Assembly: GCF_044324875.1 (NCBI RefSeq)
Contig: NZ_CP172185.1
Direction: 5' to 3' (one strand)
Source: Escherichia coli
GTDB lineage: Bacteria > Pseudomonadota > Gammaproteobacteria > Enterobacterales > Enterobacteriaceae
Length of the DNA stretch: 64,000 nucleotides
Of this stretch, positions 11,206-21,826 are shown one piece after another. Below the pieces are notes generated by a model. The model ran no database searches. It worked only from the letters and a program-made list of their open reading frames with translations, and had not been told where the DNA came from. Both the position numbers and the translations under genes were made by a program. Positions within the stretch are counted from its first letter, which is position 1. Each line of letters begins with the position of its first letter.

Positions 11206-12699
11206 ATGAAAAAATTAATAGTTGCGGCATCTTTCGCTCTGCTTGCGCTTTCGCTCGGCAATAACCCTGCCTGGTCACAGCCTTCGAAAGAGACATTACA
11301 GAATAAAAGCATCACCCATATTAATGGCTTTTTTCCGAGGGTTGAAGGTTCATTCGTGGGCGACCCTATGCCCGTTTTTAACGATGGCAAATTTGATATT
11401 TATTATCTTAATGATGTCCGAGGCGGCAGCGATCTGGGGGTACATGCTTTTCATCTCTTGTCGAGTGCCAACTTGTATGATTATCAGAACCATTCGGAAG
11501 TGATCCCCTACGTTAACGACGTTGACGATCCTGAACTGTTATTGGGAACCGGTTCGATTATTAAAGTCGGCGATACCTGGCATGCCTGGTACACCGCACA
11601 CAATGAAAATGTGTTCCCGGTTGAGTCTGTTATGCACGCGACCAGTAAGGACCGCCTTCACTGGGTGAAACACCCGCAGGACACCCTGTTACCCGGCGGT
11701 AACTATCGGGGTAATGATTTCAGGGACCCTCACGTCGTTTGGGTTGAGGAAAAGAAAGAATACTGGATGTTAATTACTACGCGCAGTAATGGTCGTGGGG
11801 TTATTGCCCGATACAGTTCAACGGATTTAAAGCACTGGGAAGATCGCGGCGTATTTTTTGATAACGACACCATCACCAGCAATGCCAACCTCGAATGCCC
11901 GACACTGGTTTACTTCAACGGACGCTGGTATCTCAGCTTTAGCGACCAATGGCCGTTACGCCTGACACAATACCGGGTTGCGGACAATCCGGAGGGGCCG
12001 TGGCGGAAACTGGACAATTATGTGGTCGACGGCTCAGGTTTTTACGCGGGTAAACTGGTTCTCAAAAACGATCGGCTGTTTGTTTTCGGCTGGATCCCGA
12101 CGAAAGCCGGTAACCGTGACAGCGGCAACATTGATTGGGCAGGGAATCTGGTTGCTCATGAGCTCACCGCAGATGCCCAGGGCCAGCTCAACAGCATCCT
12201 CCCCCAGGAGCTTCAGAAGGTCATCAGTGAGAATCCTGGCCCGGAAACCACCTTGACGAGCACTAAGACACTCAAAACGGACACGTCGTTCGGCCCCTTA
12301 CAGTCGGCGCTGTACCCGGCCTTGCCTGAGCGCGGTGAGTTGAGTGCAACCATCGATGTTCCTTCTGCCGGAATGGTGATGAGCTTTGGTCTGACCGACG
12401 ACAGAGTCAGTGATGCGATGCTGAACGTTGTGTTCAATAAGAGCAAAGGAAAAGTCTATTTTTTCAACGCGCCGCTAGCGTCGATTCATCAGGCTAACGC
12501 GGAATCCTGGGTGGACATTCCGATCGGGGAAAAAATTGAGTTACGCGTTCTCATACAAAACTCAATTGCTGTCTTTTATATAAACAACAAAGTGGCATTC
12601 AGTACCCGGATGTATTCCATGCAGGAGAAACCGTGGAGTATTAGCCTGCCTCAAAACGACCATTTTCACGCGACGTTGAAAATAAAAGAAATGATTTAA
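11206..12699 (+). CDS. fosGH2: GH32 beta-fructofuranosidase (levanase/inulinase-like) with N-terminal signal peptide (exported)
   Basis: 497 aa; signal peptide MKKLIVAASFALLALSLGNNPAWSQP; GH32 catalytic motifs (FRDPHV, ECP); 14 bp after the preceding gene. Confidence 0.8.
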   Translation: MKKLIVAASFALLALSLGNNPAWSQPSKETLQNKSITHINGFFPRVEGSFVGDPMPVFNDGKFDIYYLNDVRGGSDLGVHAFHLLSSANLYDYQNHSEVIPYVNDVDDPELLLGTGSIIKVGDTWHAWYTAHNENVFPVESVMHATSKDRLHWVKHPQDTLLPGGNYRGNDFRDPHVVWVEEKKEYWMLITTRSNGRGVIARYSSTDLKHWEDRGVFFDNDTITSNANLECPTLVYFNGRWYLSFSDQWPLRLTQYRVADNPEGPWRKLDNYVVDGSGFYAGKLVLKNDRLFVFGWIPTKAGNRDSGNIDWAGNLVAHELTADAQGQLNSILPQELQKVISENPGPETTLTSTKTLKTDTSFGPLQSALYPALPERGELSATIDVPSAGMVMSFGLTDDRVSDAMLNVVFNKSKGKVYFFNAPLASIHQANAESWVDIPIGEKIELRVLIQNSIAVFYINNKVAFSTRMYSMQEKPWSISLPQNDHFHATLKIKEMI

Positions 12700-12711
12700 C
12701 GGGATATTATT

Positions 12712-13725
12712 ATGAAAAACTATCATGCCCTGTCTGTTATTTTTACTCTTATGTTACCCGCGCTGGCGAATGCGAGCATGAGCATCATGAAGGATCCGTC
12801 TGGAAAGGTTATCGCCGTGGACCCTTGGTCATATCTTGATGAAGATGTTATGTGGACCTCAGCCCGCTCCTCCAATCCTGCCGGTGGCCGCGTTCATGGC
12901 CAACTGAAAATGAAATATGCCATTGAGGATAATAACTGGCGTAACAGCCATTTCCACAACGGGAATGATTCGCTGACGTTTGTACAAGGTGTGATGCGGC
13001 ACGATGCGTTACCCGGTTGGTATCTGGCTTTCTCTGAGGGCAGAACCACTAACTATAACGGGACGTGGGAGGATCAGTCTTACCTCAGCCAAAACCAGTG
13101 GACTCAGTTGATCATCGGCCATGAATATTTTTACAAGCGTCTGCGCTATGGCTGGGATGTGATGGGAGGAAGCGCCTCAATCGAAGACCGCTGGCAAGGC
13201 CGCGTTAAGTTCTTTACCGATCTTCGGGTTACGGATAATTTCTCATTCTTTAACTACCTGTATCAGCAGATCGATCACCGGCGCAGCGGTGGGTCGCAAA
13301 ACGACCGTGACGTGCGTTCATTTCAGATTGAGCCAGGCGTGCAATACATTATTAATAACAACACCGGTGTCTGGTTCCGCCAGCAGTTCGCATCTGCCAT
13401 TTTAGACAGGGCGCAGTGGGGCGATATCGACGAAAAAAGCTGGACCACGTCAGTCGGCGTCTGGCGAAACTGGGGGAAGTTATCCACAACGCTCAGCGGC
13501 GGTTATGGTCATTATAAGAAATACAATGCGCAACCTGAGGATGGCGAAGTCTTTCAGAATACCCGCAATCGCTTCCTGAAGGTATCGGCAAATTATCCTT
13601 TGACCTCTCGTTTTACCGTGTCCGGAGAAGTTACTGGTTCGTTGATCAAACAGAACGGAAGTTGGGTCACTAACGGTGAGGCCATTACCACTGAGTATAA
13701 GCTGATGCTGGATTATAACTTTTAA
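12712..13725 (+). CDS. fosY: Predicted outer-membrane beta-barrel protein, paralogue of fosX
   Basis: 337 aa; signal peptide MKNYHALSVIFTLMLPALANA; shared motifs with the 9926 ORF (HDxLPxWY, WGDIxExxWxxxxGxWRNW); C-terminal ...LMLDYNF. Confidence 0.6.
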   Translation: MKNYHALSVIFTLMLPALANASMSIMKDPSGKVIAVDPWSYLDEDVMWTSARSSNPAGGRVHGQLKMKYAIEDNNWRNSHFHNGNDSLTFVQGVMRHDALPGWYLAFSEGRTTNYNGTWEDQSYLSQNQWTQLIIGHEYFYKRLRYGWDVMGGSASIEDRWQGRVKFFTDLRVTDNFSFFNYLYQQIDHRRSGGSQNDRDVRSFQIEPGVQYIINNNTGVWFRQQFASAILDRAQWGDIDEKSWTTSVGVWRNWGKLSTTLSGGYGHYKKYNAQPEDGEVFQNTRNRFLKVSANYPLTSRFTVSGEVTGSLIKQNGSWVTNGEAITTEYKLMLDYNF

Positions 13726-13838
13726 ACCGTACGCTGGATAATCCATGCCACCTGAACACGCTGAAGCGTTAGTAAAAATAGTGACCTTACCGCAGGTCAC
13801 GTTTAAAAAAACAAGTTAATTATTATTAAGGAAATATC

Positions 13839-14801
13839 ATGAATATCTGGACTCTTGGCGATGCTGTTGTTGATCTTCTACCCCTTACAGATATGCAATT
13901 TCGTGCTTGTGCAGGAGGTGCGCCATTTAATGTTGCGATAGGTACTGCACAATTGAAATGTCGTACCGGCTTTATAGGTCGCGTAGGGGATGACGATTTT
14001 GGCCATTTCCTGAGAAAAACTCTCGAAGATTCAGGAGTTTCTACACAATGTATCCAAATGGATAAATATCATCGTACAAGTACAGTACTGGTTTCTCTTA
14101 AAGATCAGGGAGAACGTGGTTTTACATTTCTTACGAACCCTTCAGCCGACCAATTTCTAACACAAGATGCCCTTCCAGCTTTTAGTGATGATATCCTGCA
14201 TTTTTGTTCACTTGCGCTGGTTGCTGCAGATTGCCGCACGACTTTGACTAAAGCAGTCCAGGAAGTCATTGACCACGGTGGACTTATCAGCTTTGATGTT
14301 AATTTACGAGACCAAATGTGGCGTGATAAGGAAGAAATGTTTGCGACAGTGAGTCAATTCGCTGAAAAAGCCGATATCCTTAAACTCTCTGAAGAAGAGT
14401 GGTACTGGTTAATGGGTACACATGATTATACAGAGGCGTTAGAAGCACTCAAAACCCATCCTGCCAGATTAAAAGTGGTCACCTTTGGTGCGAGAGGTTC
14501 ATTGGTATTATGGCAAGATATGGTGATACATTTCAGAGGATTTAATGTTAAAAGTATTGACACAACAGGCGCTGGAGATGCTTTTATGGCTGGGTTACTT
14601 GCCAGCATCGCCAATAAAGGTTTGCCAATGAATTTTCCAGAACTTCAATTAGCAATCACTCAGGCCAGTGCCACCGGAGCGCTCGCAACTACCAAAAAAG
14701 GTGCACTTACCGCCCTTCCTGATACAGCCGCACTGGAAACGTTCATTAATCATTTTCCATTACCGGGCTATGAGATCCTTGGAGCAACCGCTACGGTGTA
14801 A
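13839..14801 (+). CDS. fosK: Fructokinase, PfkB/ribokinase family (CscK-like)
   Basis: 320 aa; N-terminal GD motif (MNIWTLGDAVVDLL) and C-terminal TTGAGDAF anion-hole motif; visibly more AT-rich than upstream genes. Confidence 0.8.
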   Translation: MNIWTLGDAVVDLLPLTDMQFRACAGGAPFNVAIGTAQLKCRTGFIGRVGDDDFGHFLRKTLEDSGVSTQCIQMDKYHRTSTVLVSLKDQGERGFTFLTNPSADQFLTQDALPAFSDDILHFCSLALVAADCRTTLTKAVQEVIDHGGLISFDVNLRDQMWRDKEEMFATVSQFAEKADILKLSEEEWYWLMGTHDYTEALEALKTHPARLKVVTFGARGSLVLWQDMVIHFRGFNVKSIDTTGAGDAFMAGLLASIANKGLPMNFPELQLAITQASATGALATTKKGALTALPDTAALETFINHFPLPGYEILGATATV

Positions 14802-14909
14802 CAACTTTTCATGCTGTATGGTGTAGGAATATAGCAAACGTATCTTCAATTGTTAGTTATGACCTCTAGAAGTATGAGATATCTTTTGTAGATAATCATG
14901 GCTGTGTAT

Positions 14910-14936
14910 GGGCAGCCTTATACTGCCCCTTTTTCT
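14910..14936 (+). terminator. Rho-independent terminator downstream of the fos-like operon
   Basis: GGGCAG-ccttatact-CTGCCC hairpin followed by CTTTTTC. Confidence 0.5.
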
Positions 14937-15081
14937 ATTACCTTAAGAAAGATAAGTACAGTTTGCTTTCCTGGAGATTAATGCATGCTCTGGATAGCAA
15001 TCCTCAACTATCAGCAGAAAGTAGATAAAATTTCAGGGTGGCCCTATAAAAATCATTAGATGCGTTTCTGACGTTACTTAG

Positions 15082-15393
<312 letters not shown>

Positions 15394-15454
15394 TTACTGA
15401 TTTAGTGTATGATGGTGATTTTAAGTAAGCGACTCGTCAGAACCGTATTGATAT

Positions 15455-17026
15455 TTACTGAGAGCTCAGATCAACTTTCCAGGGCAACAGATCGCGTACC
15501 CGGTTTGCCGGCCAGTCCTGGATATGTTCAATGACGTAACGCAGCCACTTTTCTGGCTCCACATTGTTCAGACGGCATGTGCCGATCAGCGAGTACAACA
15601 CCGCCGCATGTTCACCACCGCTGTCGGAACCCGCGAACATCCAGTTTTTCCGGCCTACGGCCACTCCCCGTAAGGCGTTCTCTGCGATGTTGTTGTCGAT
15701 TTCCACCCAGCCATTACTGCAGTACACGTTCAGTGCATCCCACTGTTTCAGCAGGTATGCGAACGCTTTTGCCGTATCTGAGTGACGCGACAGTGTTTTC
15801 ATCTGTTGCTGTATCCAGTCATACAGTGACTGCATCAGTGGCGCGGCTCTGGCTTTTCTTGCCGCCAGACGCTGTTCTGCTGAACAGCCCCGGACCTCTG
15901 CCTCGATGGCATACAGTTCACCGATACGCTGCAGGGCTTCCGTGGTGATGTAGGTGGGCGCTCTTGCATGCACATCGTGGATTTTTCTCCGGGCATGAGC
16001 CATACACGCGGCTTCCGTTATTCTGCCGGATTCGTATAACGCCCGGTAACCACCGTAAGCATCGGCCTGAAGCACACCGCTGTAACCGGCCAGGTGATTT
16101 TGTGGATGGATACCTTTCCGGTCCGGACTGTACGCGAACCAGACCGCCGGGGGCATCTGTGAACCGGCGTTACGGTCATCACGGACGTAGACCCACAGCC
16201 GGGCTGTCCGGGTTTTACCGCTGCCCGGCTCCTGGACCGGGACGGGGATATCATCAGCATGGACTTTACCGGGCATCAGCACATACTGGCGCAGGACGTC
16301 ATACAGCGGCTCCAGCAGTTCAGCAACAGCACCTGTCCAGCGCCCCAGTGTGGCACGGCTCAGCTCCACTCCCTGACGACGGTATATTTCTGACTGGCGG
16401 TATAACGGCAGATGGTCTGCATATTTCCCGGTGACAACATGGGCCAGAAGCCCCGCTCCGGCATAACTGCGTGCAATGGGTTTTGAAGGTACTGGTGCCT
16501 GCACGATATGGTCGCACCGGCAACAGGCCTGTTTCGGACGTTGTGTTTCGATAACCTTAAAGGCGCTGCTGATAAGCTCCAGTTGCTCTGACACATCACA
16601 TCCCAGAGAACTGAGTTCACCACCACAGGCAGGACAGCATTCCTCTTCCGGCCGGATAACCCGGGTTTCACGGGGAAGTGAGGCCGGTAACGGTTTACGG
16701 GCTGAAGACTGGCGCAGGGCGGATGGCAGTACCGGGTCATATTGCTCACCCAGCGTTTCCGCCATTTCTTCCTGAAGTGCGCTGATTCGCTCCTGTGCTT
16801 CCTGTATCTGCCGTTCGGTTTTTGCACGAAGTTTTTCTGAGCTTTTACCGAACTGCATACGTTGCAGTTTCGCAACCAGCGCCTTCAGCCGGTTGATTTC
16901 GGAAGCATAAGCCGCCACCCGCTGTGAGAGCAGGCGGTTGTATTCAGCCATCTGGCGGATGGTGTCCTGTTGCGTCTGCAACAGTGCCCGCAGGCGGGCG
17001 TTCTCATGAGCAAGTGAGGTGTCCAT
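15455..17026 (-). CDS. tnpC: IS66-family transposase TnpC
   Basis: 523 aa with N-terminal coiled-coil/leucine-zipper region, CxxC zinc motif and DDE core typical of IS66 transposases. Confidence 0.85.
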   Translation of the reverse strand: MDTSLAHENARLRALLQTQQDTIRQMAEYNRLLSQRVAAYASEINRLKALVAKLQRMQFGKSSEKLRAKTERQIQEAQERISALQEEMAETLGEQYDPVLPSALRQSSARKPLPASLPRETRVIRPEEECCPACGGELSSLGCDVSEQLELISSAFKVIETQRPKQACCRCDHIVQAPVPSKPIARSYAGAGLLAHVVTGKYADHLPLYRQSEIYRRQGVELSRATLGRWTGAVAELLEPLYDVLRQYVLMPGKVHADDIPVPVQEPGSGKTRTARLWVYVRDDRNAGSQMPPAVWFAYSPDRKGIHPQNHLAGYSGVLQADAYGGYRALYESGRITEAACMAHARRKIHDVHARAPTYITTEALQRIGELYAIEAEVRGCSAEQRLAARKARAAPLMQSLYDWIQQQMKTLSRHSDTAKAFAYLLKQWDALNVYCSNGWVEIDNNIAENALRGVAVGRKNWMFAGSDSGGEHAAVLYSLIGTCRLNNVEPEKWLRYVIEHIQDWPANRVRDLLPWKVDLSSQ

Positions 17027-17045
17027 ATCCTCACTTTACAACGGG

Positions 17046-17393
17046 TTATATGCGGATTCCAGCGCGTTCCGTTCGTTTCGGGTGCTTCCAGTTGATACCT
17101 TCAAGAAGCATGGATAACTGAGCCGGAGTAAGGTGCACCTTGCCGTCACGGGTGACTGGCCAGACGAAGCGGCCCCGCTCCAGGCGTTTGGTGAAGAGGC
17201 ACAGTCCGTCACTGTCAGCCCACAACACTTTTATCTGGTCACCCCGGCGTCCGCGGAAGATGAACAGGTGTCCGGAGAACGGGTCATCCTTCAGGACGTT
17301 CTGAACTTTTGATGCCAGGCCGTTAAAGCCATTTCGCATATCGGTGATACCTGCAACCAGCCAGATACGCGAACCTGCAGGGAGAGATATCAT
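17046..17393 (-). CDS. tnpB: IS66-family Orf2 (TnpB)
   Basis: 115 aa; MISLPAGSRIWLVAGITDMRNGFNGL... is the conserved IS66 Orf2. Confidence 0.85.
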   Translation of the reverse strand: MISLPAGSRIWLVAGITDMRNGFNGLASKVQNVLKDDPFSGHLFIFRGRRGDQIKVLWADSDGLCLFTKRLERGRFVWPVTRDGKVHLTPAQLSMLLEGINWKHPKRTERAGIRI

Positions 17394-18070
17394 CAGTGGC
17401 TGCTCCCTTTTATTTCGCGGATAAGTGTCTGTAATAACGCCGGCGTCAGTTTACCTTTAAGCCTGAGAGTTCCGGCCGGCAGAACCAGCTCACAACACAG
17501 ACTGTCGGACGGTGTATTTATCTGCTCTGGTTCCTGTGCGGGGGCCGGGATTTTATTATCCGGCTCCGGCGTTAACGTCACGGGAAGCAGTGCCGGCATA
17601 TTTTTTCCGGAAGGCAGCAGGCCACCTTTCCGGTATTGATGGCGCCAGTTGAAGAGCAGGTTATCGTTGATTCCGTTTTCCCGGGCGATCTGCGCCACAC
17701 AGGCTCCGGGCTGCAGTGACTGCTCCACTAAGGCGATTTTAAACTCATAAGGGAAGTTGGGCCGCCGGGGACGTTTTTTTACCACGGGGGCTTCGGATAT
17801 AACGGTGCTTTCAGGACGTACGACTGGTACCGTGGAAAATTGTCCGTAAAGGCAGGCATCAAGTTCCTGCTCCGACATGCCTGCGGGCAAAGGCCACGAA
17901 AGGCCAGCTCTCCGAAAGCGCACGAACATACTACAAACTGTTGATTTTGGTACACCCAGGCGACGCCCGGCCACAACCCGGGGTAAATGTTCTTCAAAGT
18001 GAAGACGTAAAGCTTCAGTGATCCAGGTCCGGTGTTTCATACGATAGTGTCCATTAAAAATGATGGACAT
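17393..18070 (-). CDS. tnpA: IS66-family accessory protein (TnpA); true start uncertain, probably internal
   Basis: ORF immediately upstream of and overlapping tnpB (ATGA overlap) in the canonical IS66 arrangement. Confidence 0.6.
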   Translation of the reverse strand: MSIIFNGHYRMKHRTWITEALRLHFEEHLPRVVAGRRLGVPKSTVCSMFVRFRRAGLSWPLPAGMSEQELDACLYGQFSTVPVVRPESTVISEAPVVKKRPRRPNFPYEFKIALVEQSLQPGACVAQIARENGINDNLLFNWRHQYRKGGLLPSGKNMPALLPVTLTPEPDNKIPAPAQEPEQINTPSDSLCCELVLPAGTLRLKGKLTPALLQTLIREIKGSSH

Positions 18071-18140
18071 TATTTTTGTAGAGCCGGAGGAAACAGACCA
18101 GACGGTTTAAATGAGCCGGTTACGATTTTAAGGTGCTTGC

Positions 18141-18416
18141 GTGGCTTCCATTTCCATCAGATGTCCTTCCTGCTCCGCTACTGAAGGCGTGGTGCGTAAC
18201 GGCAAAAGCACTGCCGGACATCAGCGCTATCTCTGCTCTCATTGCCGTAAAACATGGCAACTACAGTTCACTTACACCGCCTCTCAGCCCGGTACGCACC
18301 AGAAAATCATTGATATGGCCATGAATAGCGTCGGATGTCGCGCCAGTGCACGCATTATGGGCGTTGGCCTCAACACGGTTTTACGTCACTTAAAAAACTC
18401 AGGCCGCAGTCGGTAA
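18141..18416 (+). CDS. insA: IS1 InsA
   Basis: 91 aa, [43 protein letters not shown]... matches IS1 InsA. Confidence 0.9.
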   Translation: MASISIRCPSCSATEGVVRNGKSTAGHQRYLCSHCRKTWQLQFTYTASQPGTHQKIIDMAMNSVGCRASARIMGVGLNTVLRHLKNSGRSR

Positions 18417-18790
18417 CCTCGCGCATACAACCGGGCAGTGATGTGATTGTCTGCGCTGAAATGGACGAACAGTGGGGCTACGTCGGTGCTAAATCACGTC
18501 AGCGCTGGCTGTTTTACGCGTATGACAGGATACGGAGGACGGTTGTGGCGCACGTCTTCGGTGAACGCACTCTGGCCACACTGGAGCGTCTTCTGAGCCT
18601 GCTGTCGGCCTTTGAGGTCGTGGTATGGATGACGGATGGCTGGCCGCTGTATGAATCACGCCTGAAGGGAAAGCTGCACGTTATCAGCAAGCGTTACACT
18701 CAGCGCATTGAGCGACATAATCTGAATCTGAGATCTGGCAAGGCTGGGACGGAAGTCACTGTCGTTCTCAAAATCGGTGGAGCTGCATGA
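18335..18790 (+). CDS. insB: IS1 insB' frame (expressed as InsAB' transposase by -1 frameshift)
   Basis: Overlaps insA in another frame; translation matches IS1 InsB. Confidence 0.85.
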
Positions 18791-19430
18791 CAAGGTCATC
18801 GGGCATTATCTGAACATAAAACACTATCAGTAAGTTGGAGTCATTACCAACGGTAAATATCCATAAGTGTGGGCTTGCGGAATAAATAGTTTGGTTAAAG
18901 ATAAGGTGGTTTAATACTGCTGAGTATTTTATAGGAGATATGATGTTGTTTTATAAACAAACTAAAAAACATGAAGTTTAATTGATAGGGGACAATGAAA
19001 TCTCCTTTTTAAACTCAATTGCTATGTTGGGTTTATGGGGTTGCTATAAACGGTTTTGAATAAACGCTTTACTATTCTCATGAAAACAGTGTTATGTTGT
19101 TATTTTAACAACCCCGCATTGTTTTTTGATGGGATGGGTATTAAGACTTTAGAGAAACTTTATAAATAAATATATGTATTCAATAGTGGCGAAAATAATA
19201 ACCCATCTTATTATTACATTGTGGAAGTGCTCTTTTTTATTATCGCTCATGTTTTACCTTTCTGTTAAAACATATTCTTTCGGATATGTAAAATGGTAAG
19301 AGATAGTTAATCTACGTATGCATGGGGGCGTTTCATTGCATGGCGTTATAATCTGGCTTGTATATAAAGGCACTATAAGTTTTACTCTTACAGTGCCTTT
19401 ATTTGGCCATGATTTACCCTCTACAATAAA

Positions 19431-21818
19431 TTAATCATTACAGGATAGGTTCATATTCCATTCATAAGCCTCAATGCCGTTAATCAGTAGTTGACGACTT
19501 TCTCCCTGAGGAATTATCACTTTCAATGTTTCCCATGCAGGGCGATAATCTCCATGAGTGTTTATTCTTAACTCAATTGTAGTGGCTGTGCAGTCCAGCT
19601 CCCATTCAAGCCACAGAGCATTACCTTCAGTATATCCCCAAGTTTCGCCATCATCTTCAAACAGAAGTCCGGTGGATTTACCCGTTCCTTTAATTGGGAA
19701 TAATTTCAATTTACGATGATTATCTTCCGCTTCACTCACGTATGTTATACGTTCACTAAGAGGAATACCTGCACCTGCACGTACTAATAATGGTAGTTTT
19801 TCCAGTGGCGCGTCGATTGTTATCCATTGACCACCACAGAACCATTCGCCATTGTAAAAGTCGTACCATCCTGTTTTGTTGTCGGGTAACCATACTCGTC
19901 GTTGTCGTTGCCCTGCTTCCACGACACTTGCAACCAGAATATCGCGTCCCAGCATAAAATCATCACATTCTTCAAATGTCTGAACATCGTGCTCATGATC
20001 AAGGAAGGTTGGACGTAATATTGGCTCATCATCGGCATGTGCCTGCCACAATAATGTATATAAATAAGGCATAAGACGATAACGTAACTCAATTGCACTA
20101 CGAATCGCGGGTGTTACTTCCGGATACATCCATGGTTCATTGACAGTATGATCATCATTCCACGAGTGGATCGTAAATCGGGGGTGCATAACACCGTTCT
20201 GAACCCAACGAACAAATAATTCTGGATCAGGCTTATCACCAGAAAAACCACCGACATCATGACCAATGTTATACAATCCTGAGAGGCTCATTCCCAGCCC
20301 CATGCGGGTGTTGTATCGAAGGGTATCCCAGTTAGTTCGGTTGTCCCCACTCCATGTCTGAACATAACGCTGCAATCCGGCGCATCCAGAGCGGGAAATC
20401 AAATATGGTCGTTTGTTCGGTGCAAATTTTTGCTGTGCTTCCATAGATGCTCTGCACATTAAAAGAGGCATTACTGGCCGAATGTGTTTAATGGCGATTT
20501 CTTTGCCAAAACCATGACAGCGCGCTTCCCCATCCCATACTTCAAACTCATTGTTATCATTCCAGGTGGAATCAATTCCCATTTCAAGTAGTTGTGTGGT
20601 TACACCTTCCTGCCACCATGCGACTGTTTGTGGGTTCGTAAAGTCCAGATGAGAACCCTCATCATCCCAGAAGCTGGAGCGTTCCGGGACGTTGTATTCA
20701 GAGTCACGAATAAAGAGCTCTTGTTCTGCTACTTCGTTATAGCGAGGATGATCCTGCAATAAACATGGTTTTATATTAGCGGCCAGGTGTATCCCTGCAT
20801 TATGAAACTCCTGACTCATCATTTTAGGGTGTGGAACTTTGTCGTAATTCCAGTTGAATACGTAGCGTTTACCATTAATAGAAGTATAACCAGAAGATAG
20901 CTGGAAAGAATCACATGGAATAGCATGTTCCTTACAAAGACGAATAAACTGCATCAATTGATTCTGAGCATCCGGTGCATCTGTATAGTGCATCGTGGAA
21001 CCGCTGTACCCAAGACTCCATTTTGGACCGAAGAGTGTTTTCCCCGTCAAACGAACAAAGGCTTTGGTGATATCAAGTACACATCTGCCAGTGAAAAGAT
21101 AATAATCAATATCTCCCGCCTCAGCCTGCCAACGGCGGTAAGTTGTATGATAATTATCTATTTCATTACCTAAATCCAGCCAACTATTGCTGAGGTTATC
21201 ATAAAATAATCCAAAGCTAATATCGCTACGGTGAGTAATTGTAAATGGAATATGTTTATAAAGAGGGTCTGTACTTACTGCATTATATCCCATTGCGTCC
21301 AGGTTCCGCATTTCATAGCGTTTTCCTGTGCGTTGCAGATCCCCGGATTTATCACCAAGTCCATAAAAACGCTCGTCATTACGTCGACTTTGATAGTGTG
21401 CAACACCATCACCATGAGCGTTTATCAGATAAGCACTGGTAGGGCGATCATTAACAAGTTCCTGCCACTGACCAGCATTATCCTTATAATGCCATTCAAG
21501 CCATAAAGGCTTGTGAATAATTACGCGTAATGAACTGGTCGTGATTGTCAGTAATTCATCATTCTGCTCCATGTTCCAGGTCGGCAGTGAAAAACCGCTA
21601 ATATCTTCGCGATGACGCCCTTCCCACGGGACATCCTTTTCCGGAGCAATGCTCCAGGTTCGGTCCAGCGACAAAACCCCCTTCCGTTTTAATAGAACCC
21701 GGAACATATTTTCTTCGAGTATATACAGGCAAAGAGAATGCTGACCATCAACTAATAGCTCTATATGATGGGCTGACTGATTTTGTAGTTTCCAGTTTTT
21801 TAATGTTTTCATCTCCAC
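19431..21818 (-). CDS. GH31 alpha-glucosidase / alpha-xylosidase family glycoside hydrolase
   Basis: 795 aa; GH31 nucleophile-region motif GIDSTWNDNNEF (variant of WIDMNE); AT-rich codon usage; followed on the minus strand by a hairpin (19366..19400). Confidence 0.75.
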   Translation of the reverse strand: MEMKTLKNWKLQNQSAHHIELLVDGQHSLCLYILEENMFRVLLKRKGVLSLDRTWSIAPEKDVPWEGRHREDISGFSLPTWNMEQNDELLTITTSSLRVIIHKPLWLEWHYKDNAGQWQELVNDRPTSAYLINAHGDGVAHYQSRRNDERFYGLGDKSGDLQRTGKRYEMRNLDAMGYNAVSTDPLYKHIPFTITHRSDISFGLFYDNLSNSWLDLGNEIDNYHTTYRRWQAEAGDIDYYLFTGRCVLDITKAFVRLTGKTLFGPKWSLGYSGSTMHYTDAPDAQNQLMQFIRLCKEHAIPCDSFQLSSGYTSINGKRYVFNWNYDKVPHPKMMSQEFHNAGIHLAANIKPCLLQDHPRYNEVAEQELFIRDSEYNVPERSSFWDDEGSHLDFTNPQTVAWWQEGVTTQLLEMGIDSTWNDNNEFEVWDGEARCHGFGKEIAIKHIRPVMPLLMCRASMEAQQKFAPNKRPYLISRSGCAGLQRYVQTWSGDNRTNWDTLRYNTRMGLGMSLSGLYNIGHDVGGFSGDKPDPELFVRWVQNGVMHPRFTIHSWNDDHTVNEPWMYPEVTPAIRSAIELRYRLMPYLYTLLWQAHADDEPILRPTFLDHEHDVQTFEECDDFMLGRDILVASVVEAGQRQRRVWLPDNKTGWYDFYNGEWFCGGQWITIDAPLEKLPLLVRAGAGIPLSERITYVSEAEDNHRKLKLFPIKGTGKSTGLLFEDDGETWGYTEGNALWLEWELDCTATTIELRINTHGDYRPAWETLKVIIPQGESRQLLINGIEAYEWNMNLSCND

Positions 21819-21826
21819 ATACTCCC

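Larger units (their letters stand above)
15425..18123 (-). mobile_element. IS66-family insertion sequence (tnpA-tnpB-tnpC) inserted into the IS1 left end, flanked by an 8-bp target duplication
   Basis: Imperfect terminal inverted repeats starting GTAAGCG / GTAACCG; GATTTTAA at 15417..15424 repeated at 18124..18131; three-gene IS66 organisation. Confidence 0.8.

Noticed and set aside
15564-16875. ORFs of 67-171 aa on both strands
   Set aside because: Embedded in, or antisense to, the IS66-family transposase gene; judged to be frame artefacts.
18849-19430. AT-rich 580-bp region with tiny ORFs (e.g. a 13-codon ORF near 18942) that could be leader peptides or small RNAs
   Set aside because: No convincing SD/start context or terminator pairing recognisable by eye; more likely an AT-rich, possibly H-NS-bound, regulatory region. 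Left unannotated.
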